From Acidobacteriota bacterium (GTDB lineage: Bacteria; Acidobacteriota; UBA890): a DNA stretch of 64,000 bases. The first letter of the stretch is position 1; each line of letters opens with the position of its first letter. Below the pieces are notes generated by a model. The model did not search any database, was not told the DNA's origin, and saw nothing but the letters and a program-made list of their open reading frames with translations. Below, piece after piece: positions 30,647-40,414 of this stretch. Where the stretch lies: the NCBI GenBank assembly GCA_965214245.1, contig CBDCBL010000009.1:210214-274213 (forward strand), in the 5' to 3' direction. Made by a program: the position numbers and the translations under genes.

Positions 30647-30695
30647 CCGTGGACAAGATGGTCCCTGGCGACTAGGGCGTGGCGTCGCTTGTCGC

Positions 30696-30944
30696 TCAGG
30701 ACTCCGACGCGGTGGTCTCGGGATCACTGCCCGTGTTCAGGACTTCCAGCGGGCTGTCGAACTCGACGACGTATTGTCCAAACACCTCCATCCGCAGCAC
30801 CTTCCCGTGCATGGTCTTCGTGCCGCCGACACGGTCTTGCGGGTCCTCGGCGAAGTGAACAAGGCAACCGTCGCCGAGCAATGGCTCGGGTATCCCATGC
30901 TCAAGGACCACTTTCATCCCGCCACGGCTGATGTCCCGCACCAC
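30696..30944 (-). CDS. small PilZ-domain (c-di-GMP receptor-like) protein, possibly N-terminally truncated
   Basis: GVVRDISRGGMKV (DxSxxG) ...; the in-frame upstream 32 codons (RSHDERQGYLRVEVD...) contain an RxxxxR-like segment but no ATG/GTG/TTG between the stop at ~31043 and GTG 30944. Confidence 0.5.
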   Translation of the reverse strand: MVRDISRGGMKVVLEHGIPEPLLGDGCLVHFAEDPQDRVGGTKTMHGKVLRMEVFGQYVVEFDSPLEVLNTGSDPETTASES

Positions 30945-31174
30945 TCCGTTGGTTGGTTCGATACCAAGGCACCCGATGGTGACCTGGAGCCTGTCCAGGT
31001 CAACCTCGACCCGCAGATACCCCTGACGCTCATCGTGTGATCTTCAGGCAATGTCATGGTCCTCGAACAGCAGCAGAGAGCAGCGGCAGCACGGCGACGA
31101 GTGTAGGTTCATACGCACGATCTCTCCTGTAACGGGACGAAAGGCGTTTCGGCCTGGCTTGTCGAGCACGCTCA

Positions 31175-31828
31175 TCAATCAGCGGGTCCTCTGGGCTGCG
31201 CCTGTAGCAGTGGGTCGGTGTGCTCGTCGAGATGCCCGGTTGCATTGAGAGCGCGCAGACACGTTCGCCTCTCGCCGATGTCGAGCACCGTCAACGCCGT
31301 GTTGTCCACCGTGATGGAACGATACAACTGTAACGACATGTCCAGGGCATCGAGCACGGCGATGCGAATCACCCCGTCGTGAGTCGTCGCCGCGACGCTC
31401 TGGCCTTGGTGGTTGCGGCGCATCCGTTGCAGCGCTTGGCGAATACGCCCGCGCAGATCGGCGAACGGCTCGATTCCCTCCACCAACAAGGCGGACGGGT
31501 CGGCGCACCAGGTCCGCCACGCCTGCGGGTCGCGGGCTTCGATCTCCGCCGCCGACAGGCCTGCCCAACGGTCGAGGCCGAGCTCGTTGAGCCCCGGCTC
31601 GACCCGGACCTGGAGGGCGTGCGGCTGGTTGACGATCTCGGCGGTCTCTTTGGCGCGCCGCAACGGGCTGGTGTAGAAGGCGTCAATGCGGGCGCTGGCG
31701 AGCCGCTGCGCCAGGCGTCGCGCCTGCCATCTGCCGGCGCTCGCCAGCGGCTCCTCGGACCGACCCATGTAGCGCCGCTCCTTGTTCGACTCGGTAACAC
31801 CGTGGCGGATCAGAAGAAGACGCGTCAT
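31175..31828 (-). CDS. histidine phosphatase family protein (phosphoglycerate-mutase-like, CobC-like)
   Basis: LLLIRHGVTESN RHG catalytic motif; 4-nt overlap with lon stop. Confidence 0.7.
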   Translation of the reverse strand: MTRLLLIRHGVTESNKERRYMGRSEEPLASAGRWQARRLAQRLASARIDAFYTSPLRRAKETAEIVNQPHALQVRVEPGLNELGLDRWAGLSAAEIEARDPQAWRTWCADPSALLVEGIEPFADLRGRIRQALQRMRRNHQGQSVAATTHDGVIRIAVLDALDMSLQLYRSITVDNTALTVLDIGERRTCLRALNATGHLDEHTDPLLQAQPRGPAD

Positions 31829-34338
31829 GAGGGCCGCCGCGGCGTCGCACCGGCGCTGCGCGAGCGTTTGGCAGCCAGCGAAGCCTTTGCCCGCTTGCGG
31901 CGTCGCGACCGCTTGGGATCGGTGCCCAGCGCCACGTGAAGCACTTCACCGATGTTCTTGACGAACACGAACTCGAGCCCCTCGCGCGCCTGCTCGGGCA
32001 CTTCCTCGAGGTCCTTCTCGTTCTTCGCCGGCAAAACGATGCGCTTCAAGCCGGCACGGCGCGCTGCCAGCACCTTGTTCTTGATCCCGCCCACCGGCAG
32101 CATCAGGCCGCGCAGCGTGATCTCACCGGTCAGGCCCAGATCCGGCGCCACCGGCTTGCCGCTGAACAGGGAGGCCAACGCCACCAGCATGGCGATCCCC
32201 GCCGAGGGGCCGTCCTTGGGTACGGCGCCGGCTGGAACGTGAACGTGCAGATCGTACGACTCGAAATCTCGAGCCGAGATGTCAAACTCCGCGGCGCGGC
32301 TGCGCAGGTATGAGAGCGCCGCCTGGGCGGATTCCTTCATGACCTCGCCGAGCTGGCCCGTCAAGGTCAGCTCCCCCTTGCCGGGCATTCGAGTTGCCTC
32401 GACGAAGAGTATGTCGCCGCCGTACGGGGTCCATGCCAGGCCGGTGGCAATTCCCGGCAAGGCGGTGCGCTCGGCAACCTCGGCGAAGTACTGGATCGGG
32501 CCGAGGAATCCATGCAAAGAGTCGGCGGACACCGTCTGCGTCGCCGCCGCAGCATCGCTGTCGCCCCGATCTAGACTCTCGGCAACGGTGCGCGCCACCG
32601 CCCGGCAGATCGCCGCGATTTGACGCTCCAGGCCGCGCACGCCGGCTTCTTCCGTGTAGCTCTGAACGATCTCTGTGATGGCCGCGGCATCGAACTCGAG
32701 GCGCGCGGCGTCCAATCCGTGTTCCTCGATCTGTCGCGGCACCAGGAAGCGCTGCGCGATCAGTGTCTTTTCTTCGGCCGTGTACCCGGGCAGTTCGAGA
32801 ATCTCCATACGGTCGAACAGGGCGTCCGGAATCTGTTCCGGAACGTTGCCGGTGGCAATGAACAGCACCTTCGACAGGTCGACGGCCACCTCCAGGTAGT
32901 GGTCCGAGAACATGTGGTTCTGCTCCGGATCCAGCACCTCCAGCAACGCCGACGACGGATCGCCACGGAAGTCGTTGCCGAGCTTGTCGATCTCGTCGAG
33001 CATGAACACCGGGTTCATCGAGCCGGCGCGCTTGAGCCCTAACAAAATCCGCCCCGGCAAGGCACCGACATAGGTTCGCCGGTGCCCGCGTATCTCGGCC
33101 TCGTCGTGCACACCGCCGAGCGAGATACGCACGAACTCGCGCCCTAGAGCTCGCGCGATCGACCGTCCGAGCGAGGTCTTGCCGACGCCCGGAGGTCCCA
33201 CGAAGCAGAGGATCGGCCCCTTGGTGTCCGGCTTGAGCTTGCGGACGGCCAGATACTCCAGAATTCGCTTCTTGACCTTGTCGAGGTCGTAGTGGTCCTC
33301 GTGAAGGATGGCCTCCGCCGCCACGATGTCGAGGTTGTCCTCTGTTGATGTGGCCCAAGGGATGTCCAAGATCCAATCGAGGTAGGTGCGTACGACGTTG
33401 TGCTCGGCTGCAACCGGTGACATTCGCGACAATCTGTCGAGCTCCTGCCGGGCGACCTTCTCTACCTCGTCGGGCATCTCGGCCTTGGCGATTCGCTGCC
33501 CCAGGTCCTCGACCTCCGCCAGATCGTCGTCGGCTTCACCTAGCTCGCGACGGATCGCCTGCAGGCGCTCGCGCAGATAGAACTCACGTTGACTCTTGTC
33601 GATCTCGTCCTGTACTTCAGATTCGATCTTCTGCGACAGTTCGAAGATCTGGACCTGGCGCGCCAAGCGGCGGACCAGCAGCTCGAGACGAGCTTCGGGC
33701 TCATCGCTCTCCAGAAGCTCCTGCCTGTCGGCCACCGAGATGCTCAGGTGAGCCGCCACGAGGTCGGCGAGCCCACCCGGATCGGGGGTGGCTCCAGCGA
33801 GGCCCTGGATTTCCGGCGGCAGGTTGCTCGGCAGCTTGACGATCTGCTCGAGGAGGCGATGCACGCTCAGCATCAGGGCCTCGATCTCGATGCTCTCCGC
33901 CGCTGTTGCCGGCTCGATCGGTTCGGCCGCGGCCGTGAAGTACCCGTCGGTGATCCGGATCTCGTCGAGATCGACACGCACCAGACCTTGGACGATGACG
34001 TTGAGCTTGTCGTTGGGCAGCTGCAACGTCTTCAAGATACGGGCGGCCGTCGCGCGCCGATAGATATGTTCGGCCTGAGGATCCTCAGGGCTGCCGTCCT
34101 TAGTGGCTGCCGCGGCGAACACACGCTCACCGCCACGCGCCGCTTCGACGAGCTCGAGCGCCGCCGGGCGGGTGACCAGCAACGGCATAACAACGCCCGG
34201 GAAGAGCACAGTGCCGCGCAACGGCAGCACCGGAAGAGCGTCGGGAAGCTCGGCTACCGAGCCGTCGGACTGTAACGCGTCCTCCAACAATTCGGTGAGG
34301 TTGGGATCGGTCGGGTCGTTCACGAAATCATCCTTCAA
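31825..34338 (-). CDS. lon: ATP-dependent protease Lon (La)
   Basis: 837 aa: LON N-domain, [18 protein letters not shown] Walker A, catalytic [11 protein letters not shown] Ser and K; unusual ~35-aa basic C-terminal tail. Confidence 0.95.
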   Translation of the reverse strand: MKDDFVNDPTDPNLTELLEDALQSDGSVAELPDALPVLPLRGTVLFPGVVMPLLVTRPAALELVEAARGGERVFAAAATKDGSPEDPQAEHIYRRATAARILKTLQLPNDKLNVIVQGLVRVDLDEIRITDGYFTAAAEPIEPATAAESIEIEALMLSVHRLLEQIVKLPSNLPPEIQGLAGATPDPGGLADLVAAHLSISVADRQELLESDEPEARLELLVRRLARQVQIFELSQKIESEVQDEIDKSQREFYLRERLQAIRRELGEADDDLAEVEDLGQRIAKAEMPDEVEKVARQELDRLSRMSPVAAEHNVVRTYLDWILDIPWATSTEDNLDIVAAEAILHEDHYDLDKVKKRILEYLAVRKLKPDTKGPILCFVGPPGVGKTSLGRSIARALGREFVRISLGGVHDEAEIRGHRRTYVGALPGRILLGLKRAGSMNPVFMLDEIDKLGNDFRGDPSSALLEVLDPEQNHMFSDHYLEVAVDLSKVLFIATGNVPEQIPDALFDRMEILELPGYTAEEKTLIAQRFLVPRQIEEHGLDAARLEFDAAAITEIVQSYTEEAGVRGLERQIAAICRAVARTVAESLDRGDSDAAAATQTVSADSLHGFLGPIQYFAEVAERTALPGIATGLAWTPYGGDILFVEATRMPGKGELTLTGQLGEVMKESAQAALSYLRSRAAEFDISARDFESYDLHVHVPAGAVPKDGPSAGIAMLVALASLFSGKPVAPDLGLTGEITLRGLMLPVGGIKNKVLAARRAGLKRIVLPAKNEKDLEEVPEQAREGLEFVFVKNIGEVLHVALGTDPKRSRRRKRAKASLAAKRSRSAGATPRRPS

Positions 34339-35285
34339 GACTTGAATCGGTCGCGCGGGTCATAAGGATGATCGCGCTGGAATTTCTCGAGGAGATTCTT
34401 GGTCTCCTTATCGAGCTTTTCCGGCAGCTCGATGCGAACTTTCACGTACAGATCGCCGCGATCGTCTTTCCCTGCCTTTGGAACCGGTGCCCCCTTGCCG
34501 GCGATGCGAATCACCTGGCCGTTCCGCGTCCCAGCGGGCAACTTGATGCTGGTCGAGCCGTTCAGCGTCCGCACTTGAATGGTACCGCCCAAGCCAGCCT
34601 CGTACAGCGTCACCGGTAGATCGAGATGCAGGTCGGTGCCGCGCCGTTCGAAGAGCCGATGCTTTGCCACATCGAGTCGCAGATAAAGGTCGCCTGGAGG
34701 ACCGCCGCCGATCCCGGGTTCGCCCCGCCCAGCGACCCGAATTCGTTTGCCGGCGGCCACTCCGGCCGGGATCCGCACCTTGGTGGAACTGGTTTCGCTG
34801 CCACCCTGTTCGGTGGGGCGCATGTAGCGAACCGTTCGTTCGACGCCATGCACCGCTTCTTCGAAGGATAAGGAAAGGGGCATCTCGATGTCGCGGCCGG
34901 CGGACATCATCCCCATGCCGGGCCGGCCGGGCCGTCCGCCGCCCTGCCCCGCGAACACCCCGAAAATGTCTTCCAAGCCGCCAACGCCGAACGAGAAGCC
35001 GCCACCCATTCCTCCGAAGCCGCCTTGGAATTGTTGGAAGAAGTCGCTCAGATCGACGTCCTGGGCGAACTGCTCGGGGCCGCGGTCATACGCGGCGCGA
35101 CGCTCCGCGTCGCCGACGACGTGGTACGCCTCCGCGATCTCCTTGAAACGCTCCTCGGCTGCGGGATCCCCCGGGTTCACATCGGGGTGATGCTTGCGGG
35201 CGAGCTTCCGGTAGGAACGCTTGATCTCGTCCGCGTCGGCGTCCTTGGAGACCCCGAGGATCCCGTAGTAGTCCTTCTCCGCCAT
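34335..35285 (-). CDS. cbpA: DnaJ-class chaperone without zinc finger (CbpA-like)
   Basis: J-domain DYYGILGVSKDADADEIKRSYRKLARKHHPD, Gly-rich linker, DnaJ C-terminal domains, no CxxCxGxG repeats. Confidence 0.75.
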   Translation of the reverse strand: MAEKDYYGILGVSKDADADEIKRSYRKLARKHHPDVNPGDPAAEERFKEIAEAYHVVGDAERRAAYDRGPEQFAQDVDLSDFFQQFQGGFGGMGGGFSFGVGGLEDIFGVFAGQGGGRPGRPGMGMMSAGRDIEMPLSLSFEEAVHGVERTVRYMRPTEQGGSETSSTKVRIPAGVAAGKRIRVAGRGEPGIGGGPPGDLYLRLDVAKHRLFERRGTDLHLDLPVTLYEAGLGGTIQVRTLNGSTSIKLPAGTRNGQVIRIAGKGAPVPKAGKDDRGDLYVKVRIELPEKLDKETKNLLEKFQRDHPYDPRDRFKS

Positions 35286-35299
35286 GTGCGACGCCCTGT

Positions 35300-37942
35300 C
35301 TAATTTCCGGCGTCGGCTGCCATCGGCTCTTCTTCGGGCCGCGGCGCCGCGCTCTTTTTGAACACCAGGATGGAGTCCGACACGTCGACATCGGCCCAGA
35401 TGAGGTCGCCCTCCTGGAACTCATCGCTCAGGATTCCCTGGGCGAGGGGGTTCTCGAGCAGTTTCTGGATGACGCGCTTCAAGGGCCGGGCACCGTAGAC
35501 CGGATCGAACCCGCGATCGGCAACGAAACGTTGCGCCTCATCGGTCAGCTCCAGTCGCAAGTGGCGATCGGCCAGCCGCTGATTCAAGTCGGCGAGCTGG
35601 ATGTCAACGATCTCGATGATCTGCGCGGCGCTGAGCGGATGAAACAGGATCGTCTCGTCGATTCGATTGAGGAACTCCGGGCGAAACGTTGCGCGCAACT
35701 CCTCGAAAACACGCTCGCGCGTCTCGTCGAGGCCCAGATCGGCGAGCTCCTGTAGGTACTGGCTGCCGACGTTCGACGTCATGATGACCACCGTGTTGGA
35801 AAAGTCCACGGTGCGGCCCTTGCCGTCGGTCAAACGGCCGTCGTCGAGGATCTGCAAGAGAATGTTGAAGACATCAGGATGGGCTTTCTCGGTTTCGTCG
35901 AAGAGAATCACCGCATACGGCCGACGGCGGACGGCCTCCGTCAGGTAACCGCCCTCATCGTGTCCGACGTAGCCGGGTGGAGCCCCGATCAAGCGCGCCA
36001 CCGCGTGGCGTTCCATGTACTCGGTCATGTCGATGCGAATCAGCGCGTCGATGCTGTCGAAGAGGAACTCGGCCAACGCCTTGGCAAGCTCGGTCTTGCC
36101 GACTCCGGTCGGCCCCAAGAAAAAAAACGAGCCGTAGGGTTGGTTCGGCGCCTGCAGACCGGCACGGGCCCTGCGGATAGCGTTCGAGACCGCCTCGATC
36201 GCTTCATCCTGGCCGATGACCCGCGCGTGCAGCTGCTCCTCCATGCGCAGGAGCTTTTCGGTCTCGCGCTCCAGCAGGCGGGTTACGGGGATTGCGGTCC
36301 AGCCCGACACGACCGCGGCGATGTCGTCGGCATCCACCTCTTCCTTGAGCATGCCGTGCTCGTCGCCCTGCAGCTCCTCGAGCTGTTTTTTTGCGGTCTC
36401 CAACGCCTGCTGACGATCGAGAATCGTACCGTAGCGCAGCTCGGCGGCGCGCTCGAGATCACCTTCGCGCTCGGCCTTCTCGGCCTGGTTCTTGGCGTCC
36501 TCGATGTCACGTTTCAAGCCCCGGAGCGCCGCCACCTGATCCTTCTCGGCCTGCCAGCGAGTGTGTAGCTCGTCGTACGAGGCGTTCAGGGTGGCGAGAT
36601 CCTCCTCGATCTTGGCGAGACGGTCTTTGGAGTTCCGATCACGCTCCTTGGCCAACGCCTGGCGCTCGATCTCCAGCTGGCGGCGCCGGCGGCCGAGCTC
36701 GTCCAACTCGACCGGCAGGCTGTCGATCTCCATGCGCAGGTGCGCGGCGGCCTCGTCCACCAGGTCGATGGCCTTGTCGGGCATGAAGCGATCGGCGATG
36801 TACCGCTCCGCCAGATTGGCGGCGGCGACCAGCGCGCTGTCCTTGATGCGGACACCATGGTGTACCTCGTAGCGCTCCTTGAGCCCCCGTAGAATCGAGA
36901 TGGTCTCCTCGACAGACGGCTCGCCTACCATCACGGGCTGGAAACGGCGCTCGAGGGCGGGGTCCTTCTCGATGTACTTGCGAAACTCGTTCAGCGTCGT
37001 GGCGCCCACCGCATGCAGCTCGCCGCGGGCGAGCGGCGGCTTGAGCATGTTCGCCGCATCGACGGCGCCTTCGGCAGCGCCGGCGCCGACCACCGTGTGC
37101 AATTCATCGATGAACAGAATGACGTCGGTGTCCTCCTGGATCTCGCGTAGAAAAGCCTTCAATCGATCCTCGAACTCGCCGCGATACTTGGCGCCGGCGA
37201 GCATCGAGCCGATGTCCATACGCACGACACGTCGGTTCGCCAGGCTCGAGGGCACGTCGCCGTTGATGATGCGCTGCGCCAAGCCTTCTACAATGGCCGT
37301 CTTGCCGACGCCCGGCTCGCCGAGAAGCACCGGATTGTTCTTCGTACGCCGCGACAGCACTTGCACCACGCGACGGATCTCCTCGTCGCGTCCGATCACT
37401 GGATCCAGTTTGCCCCGGCGCGCCATCTCAGTCAGATCGACGCCGTACTGCTCGGTGGCGTTGTACTTGTCTTCCGGGTTGGGATCGGTCACACGCATGG
37501 TGCCGCGCACCTGTTTGAGGGCGGCGAACAGCGCGTCGCGCTCGATGCCGGCCTGCTGCAGAACGGTCGCCGCCGCGCCGTCAGCGGCCAGGAGACCGAG
37601 GAGGATGTGCTCGGTTGAGACGTATTTGTCATCGAGCTGATCAGCCTCGGCCTGTGCCGCGTCCAGCGCCACCTTGGCCTCGGCCTCCAGATAGAGCTCG
37701 AGCGCAGCGTCTCCCTCGACGGACGGCTTACGATCGATCTCGGCGCGCGCCGCGTTGGCGATCGCGTCGGGGTCACCTCCCAATCGTTCGATGATGTTGC
37801 GCACCACGCCTTCGCGCTGCTCGAGTAGGGCCAGCAACAGATGCGGCCCGTCCAGCCCCTGGTGTTGCTGCGACTGCGCCAGTTGCTGGGCCCGCTGAAC
37901 AGCCTCTTGTGCCTTCACAGTGAAACGGTCGAAACGAATCAT
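35300..37942 (-). CDS. clpB: chaperone ClpB
   Basis: 880 aa, two AAA+ modules ([15 protein letters not shown]; [15 protein letters not shown]) and coiled-coil M-domain. Confidence 0.95.
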   Translation of the reverse strand: MIRFDRFTVKAQEAVQRAQQLAQSQQHQGLDGPHLLLALLEQREGVVRNIIERLGGDPDAIANAARAEIDRKPSVEGDAALELYLEAEAKVALDAAQAEADQLDDKYVSTEHILLGLLAADGAAATVLQQAGIERDALFAALKQVRGTMRVTDPNPEDKYNATEQYGVDLTEMARRGKLDPVIGRDEEIRRVVQVLSRRTKNNPVLLGEPGVGKTAIVEGLAQRIINGDVPSSLANRRVVRMDIGSMLAGAKYRGEFEDRLKAFLREIQEDTDVILFIDELHTVVGAGAAEGAVDAANMLKPPLARGELHAVGATTLNEFRKYIEKDPALERRFQPVMVGEPSVEETISILRGLKERYEVHHGVRIKDSALVAAANLAERYIADRFMPDKAIDLVDEAAAHLRMEIDSLPVELDELGRRRRQLEIERQALAKERDRNSKDRLAKIEEDLATLNASYDELHTRWQAEKDQVAALRGLKRDIEDAKNQAEKAEREGDLERAAELRYGTILDRQQALETAKKQLEELQGDEHGMLKEEVDADDIAAVVSGWTAIPVTRLLERETEKLLRMEEQLHARVIGQDEAIEAVSNAIRRARAGLQAPNQPYGSFFFLGPTGVGKTELAKALAEFLFDSIDALIRIDMTEYMERHAVARLIGAPPGYVGHDEGGYLTEAVRRRPYAVILFDETEKAHPDVFNILLQILDDGRLTDGKGRTVDFSNTVVIMTSNVGSQYLQELADLGLDETRERVFEELRATFRPEFLNRIDETILFHPLSAAQIIEIVDIQLADLNQRLADRHLRLELTDEAQRFVADRGFDPVYGARPLKRVIQKLLENPLAQGILSDEFQEGDLIWADVDVSDSILVFKKSAAPRPEEEPMAADAGN

Positions 37943-38565
37943 GTCTTGTAGGTCCTTGTCCCATCATCCATCGAGCGCAACACCGCTACGACTCGCCCCA
38001 ACAGCTCGAACTCGTCGCGGTACACAGTAGCGTCGTCGACGCGGCGAACACCACGCCGCCCTGGGAGCATCTCGACCAGCGTGGTGCCGCGACCGATCTG
38101 GCCCACGGCGAGCTCACCGGCTGCCGGCTTGGTGCCGGACACCACGATCACGTAGTCGCCGCGCAGGATGCCGTGACGTTCCAGACCACTGAGATTGACG
38201 CGCACGGCAATGGCGCCGTGTCCGGCTAGCCGGCTGTCGAAGAGCAAGTGCCGGCGCTTGCGACCTTCCGCAGACAGCCGCTTGCGGGCCGGCAAAGTGC
38301 CGATCACCGGAACCCGCACAGCCGTATCTGAGGGGTTGTGCCGCTGGCTCAGATCCGTCAGCTCGATGCCTCGCGCCATTCCCGGCCGACGGCGTATGTA
38401 GCCCTTCCGCTCGATCGCCCGTAGGTGATCGGCTACCCCGGAGGCCGAGGCCAGCTCGAAGGCCTGGGCTATCTCGGTAAGGCTGGGGGGGATGCCGCGG
38501 CCGCGAACCCGCTCCACGATGAAGTCGTAGATCGCGCGCTGCCTCGATGTGAGAGAGGTCGTCAC
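37939..38565 (-). CDS. lexA: LexA-family repressor homolog; Ala-Gly scissile bond and catalytic Lys apparently not conserved
   Basis: GTG start at 38565 gives LTSRQRAIYDFIVERVRGRGIPPSLTEIAQAFELASASGVADHLRAIERKGYI (LexA wHTH); S24-like C-domain aligns GILRGDYVIV with LexA GILDKDYVIV; Ser retained (VNLSGL) but the TVKR Lys position reads TLVEML and the cleavage region VPVIGTLPARKRL lacks Ala-Gly. Confidence 0.75.
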   Translation of the reverse strand: MTTSLTSRQRAIYDFIVERVRGRGIPPSLTEIAQAFELASASGVADHLRAIERKGYIRRRPGMARGIELTDLSQRHNPSDTAVRVPVIGTLPARKRLSAEGRKRRHLLFDSRLAGHGAIAVRVNLSGLERHGILRGDYVIVVSGTKPAAGELAVGQIGRGTTLVEMLPGRRGVRRVDDATVYRDEFELLGRVVAVLRSMDDGTRTYKT

Positions 38566-38597
38566 CGTAGTTTCGGATTGGAGTATTGCGTTGTCGT

Positions 38598-38612
38598 TCG
38601 GAGGTTGTTCAG
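38598..38612. promoter_or_regulatory. GTTC-N7-GTTC direct repeat (alphaproteobacterial-type LexA box) between a putative sigma-70 promoter and the lexA start
   Basis: GTTCGGAGGTTGTTC on plus strand (GAACAACCTCCGAAC on the coding strand); putative -35 TTGCTG / -10 TATACT, 17-nt spacer, in the AT-rich stretch 38640-38668. Confidence 0.4.
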
Positions 38613-38689
38613 AAGTGCCGGCGCTTCCGGAGGCAACGACCAGTATACTATAAATATTTACAGGCAGCAACGAAACGAGAGCCGACCTG

Positions 38690-39370
38690 TTAGCCGACGT
38701 TCTCTCGGTACCACAGGCAAAGGTCGGGCAGCGCGCAGCTATCACATAGGGGCCGCCGCGACTTGCAGGTGTAGCGGCCGTGCCAGATGAACAGGCGTGT
38801 GATGTCGGCCCAATGCCTCTCATCGTAGAGCTCGCGCAGCTCGGCCTCGACCTTGTCGGGCTTGTCCTCGACGGTGAGCCCCAACCGTTGGCTCACGCGG
38901 CGGCAATGAGTGTCAACCGCGATCGCCGGCTTGCCATAGGCCTGAGCCAACACGACGCTCGCCGTCTTGCGCCCGACGCCGGCAAGCGACGTGAGGTCTT
39001 CCATCGTGTCGGGAACTTCGCCGGCGAAGCGCTCGACGACATCCGTACAGCACGACTGTATGTTATTGGCCTTCTGTCGAAAGAACCCGGTGGAGTGAAT
39101 CGCGTCTTCGAGCCCGCCGCGATCGGCGTTGGCGTAGGCGCGAGCGTCCGGGTAGTCGACAAACAGGGTCTTGGTAACCCGGTTGACGCGGTTGTCGGTG
39201 CACTGCGCCGACAAGATGGTCGCCACCAACAGCTCCAGCGGGTTGCTGAAGTTCAGCTCGACACGGGCGTCCGGATACGATTCGTCAATGCGGGCGAGGA
39301 TCTCGTTGGCCTGCTCCACCTGGTTCACGTTCGGCCGGCGCGGACGTTCACTCTTCCTCGCCCTCATCGC
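38690..39370 (-). CDS. nth: endonuclease III (Nth)
   Basis: HhH-GPD, LAGVGRKTASVVL, [4Fe-4S] loop CKSRRPLCDSCALPDLC. Confidence 0.85.
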   Translation of the reverse strand, partial: AMRARKSERPRRPNVNQVEQANEILARIDESYPDARVELNFSNPLELLVATILSAQCTDNRVNRVTKTLFVDYPDARAYANADRGGLEDAIHSTGFFRQKANNIQSCCTDVVERFAGEVPDTMEDLTSLAGVGRKTASVVLAQAYGKPAIAVDTHCRRVSQRLGLTVEDKPDKVEAELRELYDERHWADITRLFIWHGRYTCKSRRPLCDSCALPDLCLWYRENVG

Positions 39371-40169
39371 CCTGTCCATCCTCGGCGCCCGGTTCCTCCC
39401 AGGGGATCTCGTCGCCAACGCGCAGCGCCGTAGTCAGCAATTGGGTGTGCCCCACCATCCGGTGGCCCGGACGGGTACGGCCCGGACGAGCGAGGATCTC
39501 GCGAACCAGAATCTCGATGGTTTTCACCATGGCAAAGCCCTCACCGACAAGGCACGCGGCAAGCTTTTCCACCTGGTTGAAGGTCGGCGTCGCGGAAGCG
39601 AAGCGACCACTGCCGATAAGGCACTCGCGTGCCGCCGTCACCTCGTCCCATGGCTCTGGAATGTCGCACATCACGGCGTTGACTTCCGGTTCCAGGGGCT
39701 CAGCGTTGTTGCGCAGCCGAAATTCGACAAGCGACGGATCGACGCCGGCGCGGGCAACGTTGTCGGCGGCGCGCTGCTTGAACTCGGCGCGGCGGTCGTA
39801 CGTGAACACCTTGCCGCCGGGCGCCACGGCATGCGCCAACGCGATGGTCATCGCCCCCGACCCCGTGCCGAGCTCGACCACCCGATCCCCAGGCGACAAG
39901 CCGAGCTCGGATATCAAGTAGCCAACGTCCTTCGGATACATGATGTTGGTGCGTCGCTGGACCTTCATCATCCGATCGACCCAGGTTGGAAACATGGCGT
40001 GAATGGGCGACCCGGAGCTCGTGCGCAGCAGCGAGCCGTATGGCTGGTCGATCAAGCGGTCATGGTGCACGACGCCCTTGTGCGTCGAAAAGGTGCGCCC
40101 CGGATGCAAATGAATCAGGAATCGGCGCTCGTCCTCCAGAACAAGGAGCACCACGTCACCTTCGGCCAT
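39348..40169 (-). CDS. trmI: tRNA (adenine-N1)-methyltransferase TrmI/GCD14-like
   Basis: MAEGDVVLLVLEDERRF..., SAM motif VVELGTGSGAMTIALA; start at M29 of the ORF-track ORF. Confidence 0.7.
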   Translation of the reverse strand: MAEGDVVLLVLEDERRFLIHLHPGRTFSTHKGVVHHDRLIDQPYGSLLRTSSGSPIHAMFPTWVDRMMKVQRRTNIMYPKDVGYLISELGLSPGDRVVELGTGSGAMTIALAHAVAPGGKVFTYDRRAEFKQRAADNVARAGVDPSLVEFRLRNNAEPLEPEVNAVMCDIPEPWDEVTAARECLIGSGRFASATPTFNQVEKLAACLVGEGFAMVKTIEILVREILARPGRTRPGHRMVGHTQLLTTALRVGDEIPWEEPGAEDGQGDEGEEE

Positions 40170-40272
40170 GCGGCCGTGGCCGGTGGTAGGCATCACGGAC
40201 CTCGAAGTGGAGGTAGGAAGGCGGAATCGCCGCGGGAGGGCTGACTGTACCACGCAGAAAGGACCCCAAGCA

Positions 40273-40303
40273 GGCCGTGGTGAAAGTGCGATGGGTCTGG
40301 TTG
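40273..40303 (+). repeat. copy 2 of the dispersed ~30-nt motif
   Basis: GGCCGTGGTGAAAGTGCGATGGGTCTGGTTG in the divergent trmI/CNNM intergenic region, ~110 nt upstream of the CNNM ATG. Confidence 0.6.
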
Positions 40304-40414
40304 CGACGACAAGAGGCCAGATGCAAGGCGCCGCGACCTGATGCTATTCTCGATTCGTGCATCATGCGCCGCCGTCGCGGCTCATTCCCGCCACCGAATA
40401 CCGAGGTAACTCTC

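Noticed and set aside
30945-30975. tRNA T-arm-like TTGG-TTCGATA-CCAA
   Set aside because: No acceptor, D- or anticodon-arm complementarity around it. It lies in the PilZ upstream coding-frame region. Chance match.
34390-34410. parS half-site-like CTTTCACGTACAG inside cbpA
   Set aside because: Only one half of TGTTTCACGTGAAACA matches, and it is within a coding region. No second half-site.
38645-38664. E. coli-type SOS box-like TACTATAAATATTTACAGGC (CTAT-N8-ACAG) upstream of lexA
   Set aside because: 15/20 match only. The AT-rich stretch is better explained as the -10/spacer of the lexA promoter. The GTTC-N7-GTTC element downstream fits a LexA operator position better.
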